Shown one piece after another: positions 8,975 to 19,219 of a stretch of 64,000 nucleotides of DNA. The stretch spans positions 476,479-540,478 of the forward strand of contig JBGAIM010000001.1 in NCBI GenBank assembly GCA_044225555.1, given 5' to 3'. Both the position numbers and the translations under genes were made by a program. Position 1 is the first letter of the stretch, and each line of letters opens with the position of its first letter. The notes under the pieces are model-generated. The model saw only the letters and a program-made list of their open reading frames with translations. It made no database searches and was not told the origin of the DNA. Source of the stretch: Limisphaerales bacterium (GTDB taxonomy: Bacteria > Verrucomicrobiota > Verrucomicrobiia > Limisphaerales > JADLHS01).

Positions 8975-9994
8975 ATGAAAGACGCACTCAAACCATCCCG
9001 CAATTCGCGGATGACCCGGCTTTCGCCGCGTCGCATCCGTTTGGCCTCGTCTTCCGTACCTGCCGCTCGCAACCGCTCGGCGACGTCCGCCCCGGCGGAG
9101 TTTTCGAGCGTGACCACAGAGGCGGCCACGCCACCGGACGCGTACCGCCCGGACGCGTTGCATCTTTACCTCCGAGAGATCGGCCAGGTGAAACTCCTGA
9201 CGCCCAAAGAGGAACTTGCGCTGGCGAAACGCATCAAACGCGGCGACAAAGCGGCCCGCGAGCACATGATCAAAGCCAACCTGCGGTTGGTGGTGAAAAT
9301 CGCCCGGGACTACGAGGGAATGGGCGTTCCTTTGCTCGATCTCATCAATGAGGGCAACCTCGGCCTGATGAAAGGGGTCGAGAAGTTTGACCCCAACAAA
9401 GGCGCCAAGCTATCCACTTACGCCGCCTGGTGGATCAAACAAAACATCCGGTTGGCGCTGGCCAATCAGTCCAAAACGATCCGGTTGCCCGTGCATGTCG
9501 TAGACCGCCTTGCGCACTTGCGCCGCGCGGAGGTCAAACTGCGCGAGGCACTTGGTCACGAGCCCACCGAAGAGGAACTCGCGCACGAGCTCAATCTTGA
9601 TGCCCGCCGTGTGCGAAAGTACCGCCAGGCATCGTTGGCCCCGGTCTCACTCGATGCCCCGGTGGGCGATGATGAGTCGAGCCGGGTGGCCGAAGTTGTG
9701 GCAGATCCCAACGCGGCGCTCCCGTTCGACCGGCTCGTCCAAGAGACCGACACCGAACTGGTGCGCGAGGTTCTGACCACGCTCACGCCGCGTGAAGGCG
9801 CGATTCTTTCGCTTCGCTTTGGATTGGAGGACGGGACGCAACGATCCTTGGAGGAGGTCGGCGAACATTTTGATCTGACCCGCGAGCGTATCCGCCAGAT
9901 TCAGGAACTGGCGCTCAAGAAATTGCGCGCCAAAATGGAGGCGCGCGACCGTCCAGCAAACGAAGAGGCTACAATGCTGGCGGTCGCCGCCTGA
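8975..9994 (+). CDS. Sigma-70 family RNA polymerase sigma factor, RpoD/RpoS-like (group 2, no acidic region 1.1)
   Basis: Region 1.2 LYLREIG, region 2 ANLRLVVKIA...DLINEGNLGL...STYAAWWI, region 4 LEEVG..FDLTRERIRQI. Confidence 0.93.
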   Translation: MKDALKPSRNSRMTRLSPRRIRLASSSVPAARNRSATSAPAEFSSVTTEAATPPDAYRPDALHLYLREIGQVKLLTPKEELALAKRIKRGDKAAREHMIKANLRLVVKIARDYEGMGVPLLDLINEGNLGLMKGVEKFDPNKGAKLSTYAAWWIKQNIRLALANQSKTIRLPVHVVDRLAHLRRAEVKLREALGHEPTEEELAHELNLDARRVRKYRQASLAPVSLDAPVGDDESSRVAEVVADPNAALPFDRLVQETDTELVREVLTTLTPREGAILSLRFGLEDGTQRSLEEVGEHFDLTRERIRQIQELALKKLRAKMEARDRPANEEATMLAVAA

Positions 9995-10042
9995 CCTGGC
10001 GGCATTTTGACTGCGGCGGCGGCGCGTGAAAGCCGGCCGAAG

Positions 10043-11188
10043 CTATTCCTCGACGAGAATGGGTTCTTTCAACCCGGAAAGGGAAGCGAAGTTGCGCAGT
10101 CGTTCCATGATTAACGGCGTGAGTTTGACGCCGGCGCCAACGACCAAAACGTTGTCGGTCGTGCGAATTTCCGATACCAGCAACTGCCCGGCGCGCAGCT
10201 CGGCCGAAGCCACATTGCGCTGGACGGTGGGCTTGACGGGTGCGGTGGTGAGCTCGAAACATCGGGCCATGGCTTCAAGCACCCGGGCGTCATAACCACC
10301 GGTTTGTTGGCGCATTTGTTCGAGAGCCTTGAATCGAGGTAGTTTGCCAGCTTCCAGATCAGCCAGGTCGGTCAGTGCCTTGATGATCCGGGACTCCAGC
10401 GGAATCTCGTCACCTTTGACCTCGTCGAAGGGAAAGCCCGTACCGTCGCAAAACTTGCCTGTGTAAAGGACCATGCGGGCCACTGCCTGCAGGCGTGGGA
10501 TGTTGGTTAGTAGATCGCTGCTGACCTTGGGAACGCGATGCAGGATGTCTTTTTCCGCGCCCGTCAAAGTGAGCCCGGCCCGGGCCTTTTGGCTCACCAC
10601 GGGTGGCACGCTCACATGCCCGATCTGCGCCAGCATGGCGGCGAGTTCGAGTTCCCAACTGGACGAAACACCCAGCGCCTGGCCGATCCGACGTGCCTGA
10701 TCACGCACCACCTGGCTGCGTCCAAACATGGCTGGGTCCGCCAGCGCCAGGATCTCCAACAAGACTTTTACGCTGCCGTTGAGGGTATTCTCCAGCAGCT
10801 CCCTTTCAGCCGTAACGAGGCGGTATTGCTTGATGCCTTCGCTCAGAATCTCCGCCAGTTTGTCCGGCGGACAGGGCTTGTTGAGAAACTGAAAAATGTG
10901 CCCGCGATTGACGGCATCGGTGGCCGTCCGCTGGTCGGCATTGCCCGTCAACATCACCCGGACGGTATCGGGATACTTTTGCCGCGCGATGTTCAACAAT
11001 TCGACGCCATTCATGCCCGGCATCTGCATGTCGGCGACCAGCACGGCGAACGGGCCGTTGTGCTCCAGCATTTTGAGGGCGGCAAGACTACCAACCGCCG
11101 TATCAATCTCAAACTGCCTGCGCAGGTTGCGCTGGATGCCGGTCAGGATGTTCGCGTCGTCGTCAACGCACAGTACTTTGGTTGTCAT
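10043..11188 (-). CDS. Response regulator with degenerate HD-GYP-like domain
   Basis: REC (VDD, DMQMP, KP); LAQIG in place of LHDIG; DGTGFP..KGDEIPLESRII. Confidence 0.85.
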   Translation of the reverse strand: MTTKVLCVDDDANILTGIQRNLRRQFEIDTAVGSLAALKMLEHNGPFAVLVADMQMPGMNGVELLNIARQKYPDTVRVMLTGNADQRTATDAVNRGHIFQFLNKPCPPDKLAEILSEGIKQYRLVTAERELLENTLNGSVKVLLEILALADPAMFGRSQVVRDQARRIGQALGVSSSWELELAAMLAQIGHVSVPPVVSQKARAGLTLTGAEKDILHRVPKVSSDLLTNIPRLQAVARMVLYTGKFCDGTGFPFDEVKGDEIPLESRIIKALTDLADLEAGKLPRFKALEQMRQQTGGYDARVLEAMARCFELTTAPVKPTVQRNVASAELRAGQLLVSEIRTTDNVLVVGAGVKLTPLIMERLRNFASLSGLKEPILVEE

Positions 11189-11192
11189 AAAG

Positions 11193-12392
11193 CTAACTCT
11201 CCGAGTATGGACTCTGTTTCAATTCCTCCCGCCAGACTTCGAACCGGTCGCCCAGGGAAAGCCGGTTGAGATAACTCATGTCCGGGCCGGAAGTCGGCGC
11301 GCCGGCGTTGGCGGTAGCCACTAGCACATCAGCCGCATGCACCGCGGTCAGCGGGCTGAAGGAGGTATTCGCGCTCGCAGCTGGCTGGTGATGAAAAGCG
11401 ATGGCTTCCACCACGGGACAGGGCAGTCCCCACAGCCCAAGGAGATAGCCCCCCACGTCGGCGTGGTTGGCGCCGAAGGACTCGTACTCGGCGATCAACG
11501 GGTCTACTCCCTGCACCTCAGCCTGACGCAAGGTCTCCCCATACTGGGCAGGAAAGTTGAAAGCCAGCGCCGCCTTACCGGCATCATGCAACAAACCGGA
11601 AACAAACGCCTCATCCACGAGTTTGCGGTCCATTTGCTCGATTTGAGCGATGCGCTTGGCTGCCGCCCCCGTACTCAGGCTGTGGCTCCAGAGTGCGCCC
11701 AGCGAAAAGTCGCCCGGCTCGTCGGCTGCGTATTGGGAGAACGCGTGCAGGGACAGCACCAAAGACTTGATCGTATCGAGCCCGATATACGCCACCGCTT
11801 CCGCAGGACTGGACACTTCCCGACGCAAACCGAAGAAGGCGGAATTCACCAGCTTCAAGATTTGCGCCGTCATCCCGATGTCGCGGGTGATGATATCGCC
11901 CGCTTCCGCGAGAGACGCCTCCGGGTCGTTCATCTTCTCCACGATCTCCGAGTACAAAGAAGGCACGCTGGGAATATGATCCATCTGCGCGATCAATTTT
12001 TGCAGGCGTTCGTTCTTCAAGGAGGCTTCGAGATCCAACGCCCGGGTGACAGTGCTTCGCAGGATTTCCGGTTCGCAAGGCTTGGACAGATATTGGTGCG
12101 TCGAGCCGACGCATTTGAGAATCAAGTCCTGATCCGCGTGTCCGGAGAGCACGAGCCGCACCGTCTTGGGGTGCTGTTTCATGACCTCGGCCAGCAGTTG
12201 CGCGCCGTTCATGCCGGGCATCCGCATGTCCGACACCACCACATCTACCGGCGTGGCACGCATGAACTCCAAGGCGGCTGCCCCACTGTCCACAAAGGTC
12301 ATCTCCCACTCGTTGCGCATGGTCCGCAAGGTGCGCTGTAGGCCCTGGAGCACGAGCGCTTCATCGTCCACAAACAGGATCCTGGGTTTCAT
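11193..12392 (-). CDS. Response regulator with HDOD domain
   Basis: REC plus IPSVP...D.GMTAQILKLVNSAFFG...LW.HS...GLLHDAGK...HADVGGYLL.LWGLP. Confidence 0.92.
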   Translation of the reverse strand: MKPRILFVDDEALVLQGLQRTLRTMRNEWEMTFVDSGAAALEFMRATPVDVVVSDMRMPGMNGAQLLAEVMKQHPKTVRLVLSGHADQDLILKCVGSTHQYLSKPCEPEILRSTVTRALDLEASLKNERLQKLIAQMDHIPSVPSLYSEIVEKMNDPEASLAEAGDIITRDIGMTAQILKLVNSAFFGLRREVSSPAEAVAYIGLDTIKSLVLSLHAFSQYAADEPGDFSLGALWSHSLSTGAAAKRIAQIEQMDRKLVDEAFVSGLLHDAGKAALAFNFPAQYGETLRQAEVQGVDPLIAEYESFGANHADVGGYLLGLWGLPCPVVEAIAFHHQPAASANTSFSPLTAVHAADVLVATANAGAPTSGPDMSYLNRLSLGDRFEVWREELKQSPYSES

Positions 12393-13549
12393 GGACTCCT
12401 CCTTTCAGCGCCTTCGTCCGGCGGCAAAAACAGGTGGAAGGTGGTCCCCTGACCGACGACACTCTCCACCTCCACCCAGCCCTGGTGCTGCTCCAAAATG
12501 TTGCTGACCATGAACAGCCCAAGTCCCGTCCCCTTGCCGGCAGCCTTGGTGGTGAAGAAAGGTTCGAACAGGCGCTGCTGCGTCGCAGGGCCGATACCGC
12601 AACCGGTGTCGCAGATGGACAGACGGACAAATGATCCGGCGCGGCGTTTCGGATTCACAGCGGCATCGGCCGGCGTCAACTGCACCATCTGAGCGGTCAC
12701 GTTTACCTCGCCCCCGCGAGGCATGGCATCGCGCGCGTTGATCAGGAGATTCATCAGCACTTGTTTTAGCTGGCCGGCATTCCCCCGGACCGCAGCCAGT
12801 CCGGCGGGAATTTCCGTCACCAACTTGACCTGGTGCTTCAGCATGGGTTGCACGATGCGGACGCCAGAACTGACGACCGCCGCCACATCCAACGCCTCCA
12901 AATCCGTGCCACGGCCATTGCGGCTAAATGTGTTGAGTTCCCGGGTCAATTCACTGGCCCGAAGCGCCGCCTCCTGAATCCGCCCGAAAATTGTGGCTCT
13001 ATTCGGCAGCGACGTCGCGTCCGCGCCGGAGAGCGCCATTTGTGTCTGCGCCAGAATCGCGGTCAGAATATTTCCCAGATCATGATTGATGCCGGCGGCA
13101 AGCTGGCCGATCAACGTCATCTTCTCCGCATGCTGGAGCTGCGTCAGGAGCAACACCCGCTCCGCAGTCTGTAGCTGGTGCTGGCGCACGGCCGCGCTCA
13201 AGCTTTGCACCAACCGCTCGCCTTCACACGGTTTGAGCAGGAACTGGAACACATGCCCCTGGTTGACTGCGTCCACCGCGGTTTGGAAATCCGCGTTGCC
13301 GGTCAGCATCACCCGCACGGTGTCGGCGGACATCTGGCAGACGCGGGCCAGCAATTCCGCGCCGTTCATGCCGGGCATCCGCATGTCCGACACCACCACG
13401 TGCGCCGGGGATTTCTCCAGGAACGCCAGCGCCTTTTCACTGCTGTCCAGAAAGGTCATGTCCCATTCGTGCCGCATCGAATGCGTGCTGCGTTGCAAGC
13501 CCTGGAGCACCAGTGCCTCGTCGTCCACAAAGAGAATTTGCTTTTTCAT
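12389..13549 (-). CDS. Hybrid histidine kinase REC-HisKA-HATPase
   Basis: REC; LAAGINHDLGN H-box; NLLINARDAM; DTGCGI; FEPFFTTK..GKGTGLGL. Confidence 0.93.
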   Translation of the reverse strand: MKKQILFVDDEALVLQGLQRSTHSMRHEWDMTFLDSSEKALAFLEKSPAHVVVSDMRMPGMNGAELLARVCQMSADTVRVMLTGNADFQTAVDAVNQGHVFQFLLKPCEGERLVQSLSAAVRQHQLQTAERVLLLTQLQHAEKMTLIGQLAAGINHDLGNILTAILAQTQMALSGADATSLPNRATIFGRIQEAALRASELTRELNTFSRNGRGTDLEALDVAAVVSSGVRIVQPMLKHQVKLVTEIPAGLAAVRGNAGQLKQVLMNLLINARDAMPRGGEVNVTAQMVQLTPADAAVNPKRRAGSFVRLSICDTGCGIGPATQQRLFEPFFTTKAAGKGTGLGLFMVSNILEQHQGWVEVESVVGQGTTFHLFLPPDEGAERRSP

Positions 13550-16500
13550 GCGCCACTGCCTTTGGCTGGTTGCTTGGGAGTGAGCGGCAGCCGGATGATG
13601 AACACCGTGCCTTGACCCATTTCGGTCTCGAAGGAAATCGTACCCGCGTGCTTGTCCACGATCACCGACCGGGCAATGGCCAGCCCCTGACCCGTCCCTT
13701 TGCCCACCGCCTTGGTCGTGAAGAACGGATCAAAAACTTTTCCGCGCGCCGCTTCCGGTATCCCCGTACCGGTATCCCGAATGCGCACTTCCACCCAGTC
13801 GCCATCCCGTTTCGTGCTCACCGTGATGGTACCTTTGGCGCCGTCCCGGCCTTTCGGCGTGTCCCCGATCGCATGCGCCGCGTTGACCACGAGGTTTAGA
13901 ATTACCTGGTTGAACTCACCCGGCTGACACAGCACCGGCGGCAGTGTGGCATCGAACTCCGTCACCATTTCCGCGACGTACTTCCACTCGTTACGCGCCA
14001 CGGTCAAGGTGCTCTCGATGGTGTGATTGAGATCCACCTGCGTCTTCTCGGTGGTGCCGGGGTGCGAAAATTCCTTCATCGCCCGCACAATTTTTGCGAC
14101 GCGCTCCACCCCTTGCAGCGAATCTTCAATGGCTTTCGGCAGTTCGGCGCTCAGATAATCCAGGTCGGCGGCCGTCAGCGCCGCTTCGGTGGCTTCCAGC
14201 AATTCCGGCGTCACACGATTCTCCCGCACGGCCGCCAGCAATTCCTTGGGCGCGCTCAGGACCGGCAGCAGTTGCGCAATGGAGTCGCGCACGAACTTGG
14301 TGTTGTCGCCGATGTATTGCGTTGGCGTGTTGATCTCGTGCGCGATCCCGGCGGCGAGCTGGCCGATGGATTCCAGCTTCTGGGCGTGACGCAACTGGAC
14401 TTCAATGTTCTTCCGCTCCTGCTCCGCCCGCACCCGCTCGCTAATGTTCTCGTGCGCCACCACCACGCGCACCGGTCCGTCGCCACTGAAGCGTGTCACC
14501 CGCATGCTGAACCAGCGCTCCTCGGTCGGACTGTGACAAGGATACTCCAGTTCAAACCGTATGCGGTGTCCGGCGAGCACCGCGCGAATACCCTCCGCCA
14601 CATCGGCCGCGCCTTGAGCGCTATCGCCACGGGCGGCGGCGCAAACCGCCAGATAGTTGGAGCCGACGCCGCACGCCTCCAAGGTGCCGGCATTGGCCAG
14701 GGCAAACGCCTTCCAAACCGCGTTGGCCGCAATGATCTCTCCATCGCTGTTCAGGATGGCGATATGTTTGGACAGGGCATCCAGTGTGGATTGCAGGAAT
14801 CGCTCGGACTCACGCAACATCTCTTCGGCTCGCTTGCGTTCGGTGATTTCCACCACCACCGCCCCGATCTCGACCGGAATCCCTTGTTCGCTGGAGAGCG
14901 GAAAATACGAGGCGGTCCAGGAGCGAACGACGCCCGGCGACGCCGGAGTTTCGCCACTGAGCTCCAAGTTCAAGACTGGCTGGCCAGTCGTTAGAATTGT
15001 CTGAAAGACCGGGGCCAGCGCCCCGGCCAGACCGGGGATCACCTCGTGGAGATTCTTGCCCAGATGGTCCTGACGTGACGGGCCATTGATGCGCGCCAGC
15101 GTTTCGTTGACCTGAATGAACTCCAGGTTGCGATTAAAGATGCAAAGGCCGGCTGTGGCGTTACTGAAGAACAGGTTCAACCGCTGCTCGCGCAAACCCA
15201 ATTCGCGCTCACCGAGCGCGAGGGAAACCATGTGACCGATGGATAGCGCAAAATCCTGGTCCTCGTCACTCCACTGGCGACATTCAGCCAGGTGCTCATG
15301 GCACACCACCCCGACGAGTTTGCCTTGCAACCACACTGGCACATCCAGCATGGACACAATCCCCAGCGGGCGGAGATACGCCTCGGCGAATTCTGCCGTC
15401 CGGGGGTCCGTTTGCGCATCCGTCGCGGCGATGAACGGATTGGAGGCCAGCGTCTCGAAGTAACGCGGATAATCCACACGGCGCAATTCGATTCCTCCCA
15501 GCCACCTGTCCTCCTGCACCACGAACAGGGCCTCGCAGGTGATGGCACTTGCATCCGGGCTCAGTCGCCAGTAACTCACACGCCCCACACCGAGCGTTTG
15601 CGCATCGGTTCTCAAAATTTCTTTCAGGGCCTCAGCAAATTTGGTCTTCGGCTGCACTGTCAACTTGAGCAGAGCGGTTTGGTGGCGTATCTTCGACTCC
15701 TGCTTGCGGCGCTCGGCCGCTTGTGCCTCTTTGCGAACAGTGACGTCGCTCATGAGGCCGTACCACAGGATGCTCCCATCAGGTTCACGCTCCGGAATGG
15801 ATTGGCCCTCAATCCAAAAACAACCTTTCTTGGGATGATTGATGCGGAATTCGTGCCGCCACGGAGACATGGCGCGGGCGGATGCGGTGATGGAGGCGGC
15901 TACGTCTGCCTGATCCTCCGGATGAATCAAATTGAAAACCGGGGAGGCATCTTCCAGCACCTCTTCCGTTCGTACGCCATAGAAGTCCTGGAACGTCGGA
16001 CTGGCGTAGGGAATGCAGGCCGAACCATCGGCGCGCAACCGAAACGCGTAGATGATGCCCGGCATGGCGGCCGTGATCTTCGCCAAGCGCTCCCGTAACT
16101 CCAACTTCTCCCGGACCGCACGCTCCGCGAGCTTTCGTTCGCTGATATCTTCTATGGCGGCCAGGCTGTGCACGGGCTGGCCGGCAGGATCCCGGATGAC
16201 GGTCACGTTCACATTCACCCAGGCGATCGCCCCATCCTGGCGCATGTAACGCTTCTCCGCGCGGTATTCCGGGGTTCTACCTTGCATGACTTGGAGAAAC
16301 GACTCCCAATCCTTCGCGCGGTCGTCTGGATGGGTGATCTCAGGAAATCGCAGGCGGAGCAACTCCTCAGCGGAATAGCCGGTGATCGCGCAAAACTTCC
16401 GGTTCACCCGCAGCAACCGTCCCGTGTGTGGATCGGCCTGGGCCATGCCGATGGACGCCAGTTCAAACATCGCGCGGAATTCCTCCTCCCGGGCCCGGAG

Positions 16501-18078
16501 TGCCTCCTCCGCCCGTTTGCGCTCCGTGATGTTTTGTTTGACGGCGATATAATGGGTGATCTTACCGGCCTCATCGAGGAGCGGCGTGATCGTCGCATCC
16601 TCGATCATAAGCGTGCCGTCTCTGCGACGATTGTGAAACTCGCCCTGCCACACCTGGCCACTGGTGATTGTCTTCCAGAGTTCCTTGTAAAACGCCGGCG
16701 GGTACTCGCACCCCCTGAGAATTCTCGGATTCTGCCCCACCACTTCCTCGGCCGTATAACCGGTCTCCCGGGTGAATGCCGGATTCGTCCACACGATGCG
16801 TCCGGCCCGATCGGTCATCACGACAATGTTTGCCGCCGCCCGCAACGCGGCCTCGCGCAACCGCAAAGCCTCCTCGGCTTGTTTGCGCTCGGTGATGTCC
16901 TCGTAAACCCCGAGAATGCCCATGATCGAGCCCTGGCGGTCGCGCAACGGAATCTTGCTGGTCCGCAGCGTGATGGTCTGGCCAGCGGGCGTGGTTTGTG
17001 GCTCTTCATAATGACAGCGCGTTTCCCCTTGCTCCATGAAATGTTGGTCGTCGCCCCGATACCGTTCCGCCTGGTCGCACCAAACCAGTTCGGAATCCAC
17101 CTTGCCCACTAATTCCGCCGGCGAACGCATCCCCGCGTCGTTGGCAAAAAGCTGGTTGCACCCCAAATACACCGAGTCACGATTCTTCCAGAACACCCGC
17201 ACCGGAATGGTGTCCAGCACCAGCCGCAGCATTTGCTCCGAGGCGCTCAAGGACTCTTCCACTCGCTTGCGTTCGGTGACGTCGCTCATGAAACCGTGCC
17301 ACAGGGTGCCGCCATCGGTTTCGCGCTCGGGGGTGGATTGACCCTCGATCCAGAAGCAGCCTTTCCGAGGATGAAGGATCCGGAACTGGTCCCGCCACGG
17401 AGACAAGGTGCGGGCGGATTCGGCAATGGATGCCCGCACGCGGGCTTGGTCGTCCGCGTGAATCTTGGCGAAAACTGGCGTCGCATCTTCGACGATGTCC
17501 TTCACGGGGACGCCGTAAAAGTCCTCCATCGTCGGACTGGCGTAGGGAACGCAGGTGGAACCATCCGGCCGCAACCGGAACGAAAAAATGATGCCCGGCA
17601 CCGCCGCGGCTATCTTGGCCAGCCGCGAGCGCTGCTCCTGCTCCGGTTGTTGCCACGCCTGTTGCTTGCGTAACCGCGCCTCCACCGCCGCGAACAACGT
17701 CTCCGGCGCGAAGGGTTTCGGGAGATAATCATCCGCCCCCAGTTCCATGCCATGGCGCATCCCGTCCCGGTTCGAGTTGCCGGTCATCAGAATGAAAGGC
17801 GTGGTGGCCGTGGCCGGCTCCGCACGCAGCGAGGCCAGAATCGAATACCCGTCCGCCTCCCCGAGGTTGATATCGCTGATGACGAGGTCGGGTCTGTGAG
17901 CGCGTGCCAGTTCAATCGCCTGGGTGGCATTGTCAGTCTCCAACACGTGATACCCCTTGAACCGGAGCGTTTTGATCACCATGAGTCGCGGCGCCGTCTC
18001 GTCATCAATTACGAGGATCGTCGTCTTGCGCGGTGTCGCGGTGTCTGAAATGAAATGTGTCACGATCTTCCCGAGCAA
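13546..18078 (-). CDS. Giant sensor histidine kinase REC-(PAS)x5-GAF-(PAS)x2-HisKA-HATPase
   Basis: Repeated DITERK PAC ends, GAF LDVPV...[36 protein letters not shown]; exact start uncertain (TTG 18078 or GTG 18063). Confidence 0.92.
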   Translation of the reverse strand: MLGKIVTHFISDTATPRKTTILVIDDETAPRLMVIKTLRFKGYHVLETDNATQAIELARAHRPDLVISDINLGEADGYSILASLRAEPATATTPFILMTGNSNRDGMRHGMELGADDYLPKPFAPETLFAAVEARLRKQQAWQQPEQEQRSRLAKIAAAVPGIIFSFRLRPDGSTCVPYASPTMEDFYGVPVKDIVEDATPVFAKIHADDQARVRASIAESARTLSPWRDQFRILHPRKGCFWIEGQSTPERETDGGTLWHGFMSDVTERKRVEESLSASEQMLRLVLDTIPVRVFWKNRDSVYLGCNQLFANDAGMRSPAELVGKVDSELVWCDQAERYRGDDQHFMEQGETRCHYEEPQTTPAGQTITLRTSKIPLRDRQGSIMGILGVYEDITERKQAEEALRLREAALRAAANIVVMTDRAGRIVWTNPAFTRETGYTAEEVVGQNPRILRGCEYPPAFYKELWKTITSGQVWQGEFHNRRRDGTLMIEDATITPLLDEAGKITHYIAVKQNITERKRAEEALRAREEEFRAMFELASIGMAQADPHTGRLLRVNRKFCAITGYSAEELLRLRFPEITHPDDRAKDWESFLQVMQGRTPEYRAEKRYMRQDGAIAWVNVNVTVIRDPAGQPVHSLAAIEDISERKLAERAVREKLELRERLAKITAAMPGIIYAFRLRADGSACIPYASPTFQDFYGVRTEEVLEDASPVFNLIHPEDQADVAASITASARAMSPWRHEFRINHPKKGCFWIEGQSIPEREPDGSILWYGLMSDVTVRKEAQAAERRKQESKIRHQTALLKLTVQPKTKFAEALKEILRTDAQTLGVGRVSYWRLSPDASAITCEALFVVQEDRWLGGIELRRVDYPRYFETLASNPFIAATDAQTDPRTAEFAEAYLRPLGIVSMLDVPVWLQGKLVGVVCHEHLAECRQWSDEDQDFALSIGHMVSLALGERELGLREQRLNLFFSNATAGLCIFNRNLEFIQVNETLARINGPSRQDHLGKNLHEVIPGLAGALAPVFQTILTTGQPVLNLELSGETPASPGVVRSWTASYFPLSSEQGIPVEIGAVVVEITERKRAEEMLRESERFLQSTLDALSKHIAILNSDGEIIAANAVWKAFALANAGTLEACGVGSNYLAVCAAARGDSAQGAADVAEGIRAVLAGHRIRFELEYPCHSPTEERWFSMRVTRFSGDGPVRVVVAHENISERVRAEQERKNIEVQLRHAQKLESIGQLAAGIAHEINTPTQYIGDNTKFVRDSIAQLLPVLSAPKELLAAVRENRVTPELLEATEAALTAADLDYLSAELPKAIEDSLQGVERVAKIVRAMKEFSHPGTTEKTQVDLNHTIESTLTVARNEWKYVAEMVTEFDATLPPVLCQPGEFNQVILNLVVNAAHAIGDTPKGRDGAKGTITVSTKRDGDWVEVRIRDTGTGIPEAARGKVFDPFFTTKAVGKGTGQGLAIARSVIVDKHAGTISFETEMGQGTVFIIRLPLTPKQPAKGSGA

Positions 18079-18170
18079 AACAGCCTTGTGACTTCAGGCG
18101 GGAATCCCCGGTGGCCGAATCGCTCATTGGTTCATCGGCGAATTGTTGAATCCAGTTGAAAAGAATTGCC

Positions 18171-19178
18171 GTCACTTATCGGCGACAAGCGACCTAGGGT
18201 TGGCCTGTCCGCCACGCGGCCAAATCACTGGGCGGAATACGGTTGGCCTATTGGAGTCACAGCCACACGGCGTAAAGCCTGCCCGGGTTCGATTGAAAAA
18301 AAACTCCGCGCACGCGCTTGCGAACTCCTTCAATTTCTTGATCTGTGCGGATCTCGATCTTCGAGTGGCTCGGTAGCCGCCGGGCCATTGAAACTCGTGC
18401 GCGTTGCAGAAACGGTGGGCGAAGCGAAGGCCGTGGCGAGGCGGGTCAGTTCGGTGTTGAGGTAGCATCGCTGCACCGGCCGGCCTCACCGCAGAGGCGC
18501 CGGATCAACGCCACCAATGAAGCGAGATCATCCTTCGAAATGCAGCCCGTGGCTCCGGCTTTCAGTGCTTCAGCTTGCTTTAGCGCGGAGACATCGCCGG
18601 AACAGAAGACGAACGGAACACCGGGGCATTTTTGTCCGGCCCAGGCCAGAGCCAAGGAGCCGGCGAAGTCGGGCAAGCTGGAATCGGAAATAATGAAGTC
18701 GGGAGTGTCACGCTCGAGTTCGGCCTCGAAGCACCTGGAGGGCGGCCGCAATCAACGCCGCATCGTAACAATTGTCTTCGAGATGAAGAATCCGCAACCC
18801 AGCGTTGCCCGCTATTCGTGAACGTAGCATGTCTCTGTATCGGCCCTTCGCAAACCCACCTGAAGTTTCGGGATGGTTGTCTATCATCGGCGACACGCGC
18901 AGCCAGTTTCAGCGATATTTTCATTTCGACCATGACCCATTTACTCACGGCGCGGAACTTCTCCGCGGTTCTCCGGCTCCGTTCGCAAACAAGTCCAGCG
19001 AACCATCTCGCGACGGGGCGAAAAGTTTCGCTTTCGGCACGCCACGACATGTCGCCTCCAATGCTACAGCAGACATGGAAGCACCCGGCGGCTAAAATGA
19101 TGCGGCCATCGGCGGCTCGTGGCGAACTCCCCCCCGGAAGGCTCATGCCAGCCTCCATTGTTGTCACTTATCGTCTGT
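18171..19178. promoter_or_regulatory. Three copies of a 16-bp motif GTCnnTnATCG(gcgac) in the divergent control region
   Basis: GTCACTTATCGGCGAC 18171, GTCTATCATCGGCGAC 18879, GTCACTTATCGTCTGT 19163, each upstream of a gene start. Confidence 0.5.
18446..18830 (-). pseudogene. Single-domain response regulator, frameshifted by internal deletion
   Basis: LRILHLEDN..DAALI in one frame, FEAEL..TPDFIISDSSLPDFAG...PFVFCSG...GATGCISK in another; the usual beta2 segment is missing at ~18735. Confidence 0.75.
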
Positions 19179-19219
19179 TGCGTCGCCTCGCTATACTCAA
19201 GCGATTGATGCCGGGAAAG

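Noticed and set aside
18632-19207. N-terminal ~190-aa extension of the XRE-REC ORF
   Set aside because: Overlaps the antisense REC pseudogene and the control region; homology starts at about Met 19220
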